A DNA stretch of 35,506 bases, taken from assembly GCA_038065415.1 (NCBI GenBank), contig JBBTRA010000005.1, positions 74,079 through 109,584 on the forward strand, read 5' to 3'. Position numbers and translations under genes: made by a program. Below, in pieces: positions 8,646 to 15,992 of this stretch. The stretch's first letter is position 1, and each line of letters begins with the position of its first letter. The notes beneath the pieces were generated by a model. The model did no database searches. It saw only the letters and a program-made list of their open reading frames with translations, and was not told the DNA's origin. This stretch comes from Patescibacteria group bacterium (GTDB taxonomy: Bacteria > Patescibacteriota > Minisyncoccia > Phycocordibacterales > PALSA-1337).

Positions 8646-8906
8646 ATGAAAACAACCTCATTTACCGAAAAAGTATTTTCCATTGTGCGCCGCATTCCTA
8701 AAGGTAAGGTTTTAACTTACAAAGAAGTTGCACAAAAAGCCGGTCAGCCAGGGGCATCTCGTGCTGTAGGAAATATCTTGAGTACCAACTATGACTCCAA
8801 GATTCCGTGTCACCGTGTTATTCGAACAGATGGGAAGATGGGTGGATATAACAGGGGTGTCGAGAATAAGATCAAGATTTTGAAGAAAGAAGGGGCACTG
8901 AAGTAG
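8646..8906 (+). CDS. Single-domain O6-methylguanine-DNA methyltransferase (MGMT/Ogt family)
   Basis: 'IPKGKVLTYKEVA', 'ASRAVG' and the PCHRV active site. Start set at ATG 8646 (TGcTACACT 6 nt upstream). Confidence 0.9.
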   Translation: MKTTSFTEKVFSIVRRIPKGKVLTYKEVAQKAGQPGASRAVGNILSTNYDSKIPCHRVIRTDGKMGGYNRGVENKIKILKKEGALK

Positions 8907-8956
8907 TTTGACAGGTTATGTTCGGCAGAGTAGCTTTCAAGTAGAAAGGTACCGCA

Positions 8957-9286
8957 ATGATCATACCGATAAAGTCAGGTGAACTCATGTCATTTTTTCA
9001 TGTAGTTGGCGCTGTTCAGGATGGTTGTAAAGGATGTCACTTCAACGAATTACGCATGAGGACCGTAATTCGGGGACTTGAACTCATGCAGGCAGACTAC
9101 CTGTGCAAACCGTCTCTCCCGGGCATGGCGGAGGCGGTGGAAGGTCGATTTATCCTTGGGCAACTGGTGTTTCCTGATAGGTTTGAGCATCTCTTGCAAT
9201 TCGTGCGTTACTACTTTCCAGGAATACCTTTCCAAGAAGTGTTTCTGGGCACTGATCCAGGAGGCTATCTCGTTATTTCACGGTAA
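8957..9286 (+). CDS. Hypothetical protein (orphan, 109 aa, CxxCH motif)
   Basis: TTGACA(8908)-17-TAGCTT(8931) promoter, GAAAGG SD-like site, terminator at 9306-9337. Confidence 0.6.
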   Translation: MIIPIKSGELMSFFHVVGAVQDGCKGCHFNELRMRTVIRGLELMQADYLCKPSLPGMAEAVEGRFILGQLVFPDRFEHLLQFVRYYFPGIPFQEVFLGTDPGGYLVISR

Positions 9287-9383
9287 GTTTTGGTACTATT
9301 CACTCGGCCGCTGAGCATCTCTGTTCAGTGGCTTTTTATGTACAGAACTTTCCACTTTCCACTTTTCCCTGTAAACTTGGGCC

Positions 9384-10166
9384 ATGTCTGACTACTACAA
9401 TTCCCGCCGTACACGCAATATCTTCGACCCTTCTAGTGATGAGGCCTTCAAGGTGAGTCGCTCCAAGATAGACCTATTCCTCAATTGTCCCCTTTGTTTC
9501 TATCTTGACTCTCGCCTTGGTGTTGCGCGTCCACCAGGATTTCCATTTGCACTCAATTCCGCTGTGGATACACTCCTTAAGAAGGAATTTGACATTCATC
9601 GTGCCAAGAAACGCCCACATCCTCTCATGCATGCATATGGACTCAAAGATGTAATTCCATTCCAACATGAGGATCTCGAGCTATGGCGCAGCAATTTCAA
9701 AGGCATCAGATATGTGCACGAACCGAGCAATCTGCTGGTGACGGGAGCTATCGACGATATATGGGTGGATAGCACTGGGGAAGTCATGATTGTAGATTAC
9801 AAATCAACAAGCAAGGAGGAGAAGGTCTCACTCGACAAAGAATGGCAGATCGGCTACAAACGCCAGATGGAGGTGTATCAGTGGCTTTTTCGCATGAATG
9901 GCTTCAAGGTCTCTCCCACAGGATATTTTGTGTACTGCAACGGTAAGCTCGACCGGGAGGCGTTCGATGCTAAACTCGAGTTCGATATAGATGTGATCCC
10001 CTATACGGGAGACGATTCGTGGGTGGAGAAGGTATTGCCTGAGATCAGGAAATGTTTGATGCAAGACAAAGCACCGGCTCCCGCGAAGGCATGTGACTAC
10101 TGCGCATATCGAAAAGCTGCTCGTGATGTGCAGTCTGAAGCTAGTAAAGGGAACTTAAAGAAGTAA
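9384..10166 (+). CDS. PD-(D/E)XK nuclease superfamily protein (RecB/AddB/Cas4-like fold)
   Basis: 'SRSKIDLFLNCPLCFY', 'GAIDDIW', 'IVDYKS', 'RQMEVYQW' (QxxxY) and C-terminal CDYC. Confidence 0.9.
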   Translation: MSDYYNSRRTRNIFDPSSDEAFKVSRSKIDLFLNCPLCFYLDSRLGVARPPGFPFALNSAVDTLLKKEFDIHRAKKRPHPLMHAYGLKDVIPFQHEDLELWRSNFKGIRYVHEPSNLLVTGAIDDIWVDSTGEVMIVDYKSTSKEEKVSLDKEWQIGYKRQMEVYQWLFRMNGFKVSPTGYFVYCNGKLDREAFDAKLEFDIDVIPYTGDDSWVEKVLPEIRKCLMQDKAPAPAKACDYCAYRKAARDVQSEASKGNLKK

Positions 10167-10170
10167 CTAT

Positions 10171-10335
10171 ATGGAAGATGTCGGATTTTGGGCTTGGATC
10201 GTACTGTATATCGAGACGGTATCAGGTGTGGGTATAGAGAAGGTTGCTGTCGCATTTTTTCTGATTTTTTGTATTGTTGTTATCATTGTCAGTTTTAAAT
10301 TTGGCACATCGTTCCGGCACAAGCTTCCGTCGTAG
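10171..10335 (+). CDS. Small membrane protein, 54 aa (MEDVGFWAWIVLYIETVSGVGIEKVAVAFFLIFCIVVIIVSFKFGTSFRHKLPS)
   Basis: Hand translation; starts 4 nt after the nuclease stop; one strong TM helix followed by a basic tail. Confidence 0.6.
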   Translation: MEDVGFWAWIVLYIETVSGVGIEKVAVAFFLIFCIVVIIVSFKFGTSFRHKLPS

Positions 10336-10350
10336 TTTCGTCATGGCTGG

Positions 10351-10379
10351 TTGACTTCATTTTCCGCGGACGGTAGGCT
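10351..10379 (+). promoter_or_regulatory. Sigma-70 promoter of the NUDIX-like gene
   Basis: TTGACT-17 nt-TAGGCT. Confidence 0.6.
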
Positions 10380-10399
10380 AGCGGACAGAAAGGCGAAGC

Positions 10400-10987
10400 A
10401 TGAAAACTCAAAAACCGCAGCATGTCGGTAATATCACTTTGGCGTACGATGCGCACAGCTGGTCGCCAGACAGGCATCTCTTCTTGGTCAAGAAAGCACC
10501 CAAGGGTGAAGAGGACAGAGATCGTGTCAGGAAAAGGGTTGGTATCGGAAAAAGGTGTCTTACTGGCGGGGGCCGTGATCCAGGTGATCGTAGCCACAAA
10601 CAGGGGGCTCAGCGAGAGCTATTCGAGGAATCCGGCAATGCGTGGAAGATCCCTCTGGGAAACTTGTATCGAGTCGGAGTGATCGAGAGTTACCGGACAG
10701 TAAGAGGTTTTCCTCGTTCATTTGAACACGCCACCTTGAAGTGGGTCGTGCACCTCTATGAAACCATCATCCCCGAGCACCTGCTCGACAAGCATGGGTT
10801 GAGTGAAGGTATCGTAGAGACGGGCTGGTTTTCGGTACATGATCTCCCGTGGAGTGAGATGATGGATGACAGCAAGCTGTGGATTCCGCGCATGATTGAC
10901 GGTGAGCAGTTGCGTATCCGTATCCTCCGTCACTACAAGCATGAAAAGCTCATGGAGCACCAGATAATCACTGAACAATTCTCTTGA
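10400..10987 (+). CDS. Divergent NUDIX hydrolase (MutT/MTH1-like)
   Basis: Nudix-box-like 'GGRDPGDRSHKQGAQRELFEESG'; C-terminal 'WFSVHDLPWSEMMDDSKLWIP' resembles NUDT1/MTH1. Confidence 0.75.
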   Translation: MKTQKPQHVGNITLAYDAHSWSPDRHLFLVKKAPKGEEDRDRVRKRVGIGKRCLTGGGRDPGDRSHKQGAQRELFEESGNAWKIPLGNLYRVGVIESYRTVRGFPRSFEHATLKWVVHLYETIIPEHLLDKHGLSEGIVETGWFSVHDLPWSEMMDDSKLWIPRMIDGEQLRIRILRHYKHEKLMEHQIITEQFS

Positions 10988-11083
10988 TCAGTATCGAGGC
11001 CGATGTATCGGCCTTTTTTAGTGGTAATTTGGACTCAATATGGGTAAAATGGACGGTATATAAATAATTAATCATATAAACTT

Positions 11084-11488
11084 ATGAAAAATCCTTCATG
11101 GCTCAACGCGGGCACAGGCCTCTTTATTTTGAGGATTGGAGTTGGTGTGTTATTCCTTGTTCATGGTATTGCCAAGTTCTCTGATATCAGTGGCACCGCA
11201 GGATTCTTTGGCATGATAGGCCTTCCCGCATTCATGGCATATGTCATCGCGTTCATTGAGACAGTTGGTGGTATAGCGCTCATACTGGGTGTATACACTC
11301 GCATTGCATCAGTACTTCTTGCTGCTGTCATGATCGGAGCATACTTTAGCGTCAAACTCGGTAAGCCGTTCATGGGTGGATGGGAACTCGATTTCATTCT
11401 TTTCATGGCAAGCGTCACGATCTTGGCTTCAGGTCCTGGTTCATGGGCTCTCAAGAAGAGGGCGACACAGTCGTCTCCTGTACTTTAG
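11084..11488 (+). CDS. DoxX family membrane protein
   Basis: 'LRIGVGVLFLVHGIAKF', 'IETVGGIALILG..TR', 'GWELDF' and 'GPGSWAL'. Confidence 0.93.
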   Translation: MKNPSWLNAGTGLFILRIGVGVLFLVHGIAKFSDISGTAGFFGMIGLPAFMAYVIAFIETVGGIALILGVYTRIASVLLAAVMIGAYFSVKLGKPFMGGWELDFILFMASVTILASGPGSWALKKRATQSSPVL

Positions 11489-11493
11489 AATTA

Positions 11494-11626
11494 GACACCC
11501 CGCACACGAGCACGTGCTTCGAGATACATCCACAGAAAATTTCTAGCAAGAAATTTTTGAGGACTAGAAAATCCCCTGCAGGGGATTTTCGTGTATCGAG
11601 GAGCACGTACTCGTGTGCGGGGTGTC
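11494..11626. repeat. 133-bp cloverleaf palindromic element (REP/MITE-like)
   Basis: About 36-bp imperfect terminal inverted repeats (first 17 bp perfect) enclosing two internal hairpins, one a perfect 24-bp palindrome. Confidence 0.8.
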
Positions 11627-11635
11627 CTTCCTTCC

Positions 11636-12049
11636 TTAATACCATCCACCGATGATTGATCCACCGATGATCCACGAAACGAGCGCACATATAGAAGTGA
11701 TAAGGACGAACTTGAGAGATCTCTTCTCCCATAACATGCTGCTCATAGCTCCGGGTACTACGAAGCCTACCCACGCGATGAGTCCGACGAACGCTCCGTC
11801 GCGGGCGCTATATGCACCGACTTCCGAGATGGCGAAAGCCATGACCGTGAAGGTGATGACGGTAGCGATGAGCTGTGCGATGTAGGACTTCGCCATTCCT
11901 TTTGCTTTGGCTTCAGCGATATCCTTATCGGTCGAACCTATGAGAGTCATCCATTCTTTACCGAAGAGAAGTGGAGAGTACCAGATGGCTCCGATGACGA
12001 AGGCAGCTATAGATGCGACGATGACAGGCCAGATTGCGGAGGTGTCCAT
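11636..12049 (-). CDS. DUF1761 family membrane protein
   Basis: 'AFVIGAIWYSPLLFGKEW' signature; four TM helices. Confidence 0.88.
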   Translation of the reverse strand: MDTSAIWPVIVASIAAFVIGAIWYSPLLFGKEWMTLIGSTDKDIAEAKAKGMAKSYIAQLIATVITFTVMAFAISEVGAYSARDGAFVGLIAWVGFVVPGAMSSMLWEKRSLKFVLITSICALVSWIIGGSIIGGWY

Positions 12050-12089
12050 GGTGTTTGATGGTTATGCTTGTATGGTAAAATGCTACCAC

Positions 12090-12659
12090 ATGCGCCCATC
12101 ACAGACAATTTTCCTCGCAGCGGTCGTCATCAGTATCGGGGTACTTTTTTACTTGGCTGATTATGGCATCTCGACACAAGCACTTCCTTCGTTCCGTGAA
12201 TACATTGCGAGCACGACACCCGAGACCGCTTCCACGACTCTGTTCGCTGAGTATTCGGCGAGTGCCACATCGTCGCCCGTACTCCTCAGTGAAGATGAGA
12301 AGCAAGGGTTGCTTCCACTTTATGCTCCGACTGGTCTTATCTATACTCATGTTGCCAAGACGCCGTCTACTCGTGCGCTTGGATTGAGCGGGTATGCACC
12401 GCTCGCATCTGATGAAGGTATGCTTTTCATGTTCCCGCAGCCCGGGGCGCATTCATTTTGGATGAAAGATATGAATTTCAGCATAGACATTATATGGATT
12501 TCGTCCGACAAGAGGATTATCGGTGTTTTGGAGGGAATTTCTCCCGAAACATACCCAGAAACCTTCCTCCCACCCGAGCCAGCACAATTTGTTCTTGAGG
12601 TTACGGCTGGGGGCGCAAAAAAATTTGGCATAAAAGAGGGCAGTACGGTCGCTTTCTAG
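12090..12659 (+). CDS. DUF192 family protein with N-terminal membrane anchor
   Basis: 'LGLSG', 'EGMLFMF', 'FWMKDMNFSIDIIWI' and 'FVLEVTAG'. Start ATG 12090 chosen to avoid overlap with DUF1761. Confidence 0.88.
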   Translation: MRPSQTIFLAAVVISIGVLFYLADYGISTQALPSFREYIASTTPETASTTLFAEYSASATSSPVLLSEDEKQGLLPLYAPTGLIYTHVAKTPSTRALGLSGYAPLASDEGMLFMFPQPGAHSFWMKDMNFSIDIIWISSDKRIIGVLEGISPETYPETFLPPEPAQFVLEVTAGGAKKFGIKEGSTVAF

Positions 12660-12803
12660 CAACACTTATAGACAAGGTGTAATTTTATGATCTAAAGCGC
12701 TATCCACATCTTTTTTTATGACGTGCTCGGGAGTACAATGAGAGTAAATTAGGAGTGATTATTAAATTAGTGTCGCCGGCAGACGAGAGCTGTCGTTAAA
12801 AAT

Positions 12804-15128
12804 ATGCCCAAGAAACAAAAAACCGCATCAAAGGGGTCGGCTAAAGCCGCCTCTATCCCTACGATTATCAAACGTGACGGAAGGATCGTGCCATTCGATC
12901 TGGAGAAGATTGCAGGCGCTATATGGAAAGGTATGAACACCGTCAAGGAGGGATCTCTCGAGGATGCGCAGATGGTCGCCCAGCAAGTACTTTCCGAACT
13001 TACTCGCATCAAGAGGAAGTTCGCCAATTTCGTGCCGACTGTCGAGGGTGTACAGGATATCGTCGAGGCTGAGCTCATGCGCTCCGACTATGTGAAGACT
13101 GCTAAGCACTATGTGATCTACCGTGAAGAGCGTGCCAAGCTCCGTGCGGTCGGATTTGAGGTTCCTGAGCATGTTCGCAAGCTCGCTACCGAGTCCAAGA
13201 AGTCTTTCCGTACCGCTCTGGGCGAACTCGTGTACTATCGTTCATACTCGCGCTGGATCGAAGCAGAAAATCGTCGCGAAACTTACATCGAGACGGTCAA
13301 TCGATACATGGATTTCATGAAGGAGAATCTTGGCTCCAAGCTCAAGGATGCCGAATACAAAGAAGTTCGTGAGGCTATCATCAAGCAGGAAGCAATGCCT
13401 TCGATGAGACTCTTCCAATTCTCCGGCAAAGCCGCCCGAGTCACCAATGTGTGCGCGTATAACTGCTCGTTCATCGCCCCAGAATCATTCCAGGATCTTG
13501 CTGAGATTATGTACATCTCTATGTGTGGTACTGGTGCTGGATGGGCCGTTGAACCGACCAACGTCGAGAAGTTCCCTCAGATCATCATGCAGACGGGCGA
13601 GAAGCTTTCGACACATGTCATTCCTGATCACAAAGAAGGTTGGTCCGACTCTCTCACTGTCGGTATGAAGGCGTGGGCCGCAGGAAAGGATATCGAGTTT
13701 GATTATTCTCAGATTCGTCCAGAAGGTGCTCGTCTTAAGGTTATGGGAGGTAAGGCGTCAGGTCCCGCTCCGCTTCAGAGGCTCCTCAATTTTACCCGCC
13801 AAGTCATGCTCACTCGCCAGGGCAAGCGTCTGCGCCCGATCGATCTTCACGACATCATCTGTATGATTGGGGATTGCGTAGTTGCTGGTGGGGTCCGTCG
13901 CAGCGCCATGATATCGCTTTCAGATCTGAGTGATGATCATATCCGCGATGCCAAGAAGGGCGCATTCTACATGACTCATCCTCATCGTATGTTGGCCAAC
14001 AACTCAGCTGTATATATCAATAAGCCGACCAATGAAGAGTTTCTCAAAGAATGGATGGCTCTCGTCGAAAGCCGCTCTGGAGAGCGTGGCATATTCAACC
14101 GTGGATCCTTGGCAAAAACCCTTCCCGAGCGCCGTATAAAGGCTCTCAAGGAGTACAAAGGCTACTTCGACTCTACAGGTCAGCATATCGTCGGTCCGAT
14201 CGGTACCAATCCATGTGGCGAGATCATCCTCCAGTCCAAACAGTTCTGCAACCTCTCTGAGATCGTAGCTCGTGCAGAGGATACCGAGAAGACGCTCATG
14301 AAGAAGATACGCATCGCCACCATCCTCGGAACATATCAGTCTACCCTCACCAATTTCCCGTATCTTTCCAAAGAATGGAAAGAGCATTGTGATCGCGAGC
14401 GCCTGCTCGGAGTGTCTATCACTGGACAGTGGGATAGCCCGGCCGTCCGCAAGCCTGAGGTCATGAAGAAGCTCAAGGCAGAAGCTATCCGCGTCAACAA
14501 GGAGTATGCAAAGAGATTTGGTGTCAACGAGTCCACTGCTATCACGTGTGTTAAGCCATCAGGAACTCTGTCTCAGACTGTCGACTGTTCATCAGGTATG
14601 CACCCTCGTCACTCCAAGTTCTACATCCGCCGCATCCGCATTGCAGCAACTGATGCTCTCTTCAGGATGCTCAAGGATCAGGGGGTCCCATATTATCCAG
14701 AAGTAGGACAGACTGAAGAGAATGCGACTACCTATGTACTCGAGTTTCCAGTCAAAGCTCCGTCTGGTTCGATTTTCCGTGACGATCTCACTGCTATCGA
14801 ACAGCTCGAGTACTGGAAGATGGTCAAAGAGAATTTCACGGAGCACAACCCATCTGTGACGATCTCGATCGGAGACAATGAGTGGATCGCTGTGGCAAAC
14901 TGGGTCTACAACAATTGGGACATGGTTGGTGGACTCTCATTCTTGCCACGCGAGAATACCGTTTACAAGCTTGCTCCATATGAGTCTATCGATGAGAAGA
15001 CCTACAAGGAGCTCGCCAAGAAACTTGAACATGTGGATTATTCCAAGATCACTACATATGAGAAACAGAATGAGACTGATCTCAAGAAGGAGTTGGCATG
15101 TGTATCAGGAGTTTGTGAGATTGTGTAG
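12804..15128 (+). CDS. nrdJ: Class II (adenosylcobalamin-dependent) ribonucleotide reductase with N-terminal ATP-cone
   Basis: ATP-cone 'IIKRDGRIVPFD'; 'MPSMR', 'YNCSF', 'GGVRRSA', 'TNPCGEI' and 'CVKPSGT'; C-terminal 'CVSGVCE'. Confidence 0.95.
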   Translation: MPKKQKTASKGSAKAASIPTIIKRDGRIVPFDLEKIAGAIWKGMNTVKEGSLEDAQMVAQQVLSELTRIKRKFANFVPTVEGVQDIVEAELMRSDYVKTAKHYVIYREERAKLRAVGFEVPEHVRKLATESKKSFRTALGELVYYRSYSRWIEAENRRETYIETVNRYMDFMKENLGSKLKDAEYKEVREAIIKQEAMPSMRLFQFSGKAARVTNVCAYNCSFIAPESFQDLAEIMYISMCGTGAGWAVEPTNVEKFPQIIMQTGEKLSTHVIPDHKEGWSDSLTVGMKAWAAGKDIEFDYSQIRPEGARLKVMGGKASGPAPLQRLLNFTRQVMLTRQGKRLRPIDLHDIICMIGDCVVAGGVRRSAMISLSDLSDDHIRDAKKGAFYMTHPHRMLANNSAVYINKPTNEEFLKEWMALVESRSGERGIFNRGSLAKTLPERRIKALKEYKGYFDSTGQHIVGPIGTNPCGEIILQSKQFCNLSEIVARAEDTEKTLMKKIRIATILGTYQSTLTNFPYLSKEWKEHCDRERLLGVSITGQWDSPAVRKPEVMKKLKAEAIRVNKEYAKRFGVNESTAITCVKPSGTLSQTVDCSSGMHPRHSKFYIRRIRIAATDALFRMLKDQGVPYYPEVGQTEENATTYVLEFPVKAPSGSIFRDDLTAIEQLEYWKMVKENFTEHNPSVTISIGDNEWIAVANWVYNNWDMVGGLSFLPRENTVYKLAPYESIDEKTYKELAKKLEHVDYSKITTYEKQNETDLKKELACVSGVCEIV

Positions 15129-15159
15129 TCGAACCTAGCAAAGTATTTTCGTCTAGAAA

Positions 15160-15214
15160 AAAACCGCTCTCTTCCGTTTACGCTAGCTGGCGAACGACGG
15201 AGGAGGGCGGTTTT
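15160..15214. terminator. Long hairpin / bidirectional terminator between nrdJ and the convergent ORF
   Basis: AAAACCGCTCTCTTCCGT ... ACGGAGGAGGGCGGTTTT, an 18-bp stem with G-U pairs. Confidence 0.7.
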
Positions 15215-15228
15215 GCGTTGAAAGAGAT

Positions 15229-15441
15229 TCAGATGTTCGATAGTCCCCAGATTAAGAAAATGACGATACTGACCAGTGCGAGCGAAAAGGCAGTGATCAG
15301 TAAGGTGCGAAGAGCCGTTTTCCAACTTTTCTGTCGGTGCCTGTTGTAGCCGAGAACGCAGTAAAGCAGGAAGCAGCAGATCCCAATCACCAAGAGGGCA
15401 GATGCACTCAAGGGAATCACGTCGGAAGCATTCGAAGTCAT
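15229..15441 (-). CDS. Small two-TM membrane protein (70 aa)
   Basis: MTSNASDVIPLSASALLVIGICCFLLYCVLGY...; promoter TTGACA-17-TATAGT on the minus strand at 15495-15467. Confidence 0.65.
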   Translation of the reverse strand: MTSNASDVIPLSASALLVIGICCFLLYCVLGYNRHRQKSWKTALRTLLITAFSLALVSIVIFLIWGLSNI

Positions 15442-15488
15442 AGAGAGTGCGAGATTTTCTGGTGTCACTATAATAGGAAACAAGGAAC

Positions 15489-15517
15489 TTGTCAAATATA
15501 TTCAATCATGATATAAT
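15489..15517 (+). promoter_or_regulatory. rnpB promoter
   Basis: TTGTCA(15489)-17-TATAAT(15512), with a TG extension. Confidence 0.85.
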
Positions 15518-15524
15518 ATGTGCA

Positions 15525-15872
15525 GCTGTATCAAGCAACCGCGCCTGGTCCATCAGGATCAGGTGAGGAAAGTCCGAACACTGGCATTGTGGGAATGAGC
15601 AATTGCTCCCATAACGCAGACAGGTAGCAGGTAATTCCTGCCAGGGTAATACCCAGAGGTGCGAACAGTGACGCCCGAGCCGAAAGGTAGAGGCCCCTCG
15701 CAAGAGGGTGAATCTCATGGCAACATGAGGGTGCAACGGCAAAATCCTTACTTCAGTGCAAGACCGTGCTCTGCTTCGCCGCAAGGCTTTGCAGAGAGAG
15801 TCGCTCGAGGTGCATGGTGACATGCATTCCAGATAAATGGTTGCGTAAACAGAATTCGGCTTATGGTATGGC
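15525..15872 (+). ncRNA. rnpB: RNase P RNA
   Basis: Conserved GAGGAAAGTCC near the 5' end and ACAGAATTCGGCTTAT near the 3' end; P1 pairing GCTGTATCA/TGGTATGGC; flanking promoter and terminator. Confidence 0.96.
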
Positions 15873-15877
15873 GACAT

Positions 15878-15909
15878 GAAAATGCCCTCGAGAAATCGGG
15901 GGCATTTTC
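15878..15909 (+). terminator. Terminator after rnpB
   Basis: GAAAATGCCCTCGA-gaaa-TCGGGGGCATTTTC. Confidence 0.8.
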
Positions 15910-15992
15910 TCGTCTGAATACACGAATACACAGTTTGATATTTGAGTGAGTATTGATACAATAGAGTTCATTACAAATAAGCGCCCAGCATC

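Noticed and set aside
9384-10166. CRISPR-Cas locus around the Cas4-like nuclease
   Set aside because: No repeat-spacer array and no cas1/cas2 or effector genes in the window.
7756-10987. Integron cassette array explaining the orphan genes
   Set aside because: No integrase and no recurring attC-type RYYYAAC..GTTRRRY hairpins; the downstream hairpins look like ordinary terminators.
11380-11774. Short ORFs crossing the palindromic element
   Set aside because: They overlap doxX/DUF1761 and arise from the inverted-repeat sequence.
11907-12089. Extended N-termini in the ORF track (DUF192 from 11907; also MGMT 8610, gpmI 25942, dedA 35108, and the ORF at 15495)
   Set aside because: The extensions overlap neighbouring genes, tRNAs, terminators or their own promoters; downstream ATGs fit the expression signals better.
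12660-12803. NrdR box or cobalamin riboswitch upstream of nrdJ
   Set aside because: ACACTTATAGACAAGGTGT is only loosely palindromic and does not fit the 16-bp NrdR consensus. The leader is too short and lacks B12-box motifs.
15506-15961. 151-aa minus-strand ORF
   Set aside because: Overlaps the RNase P RNA gene.
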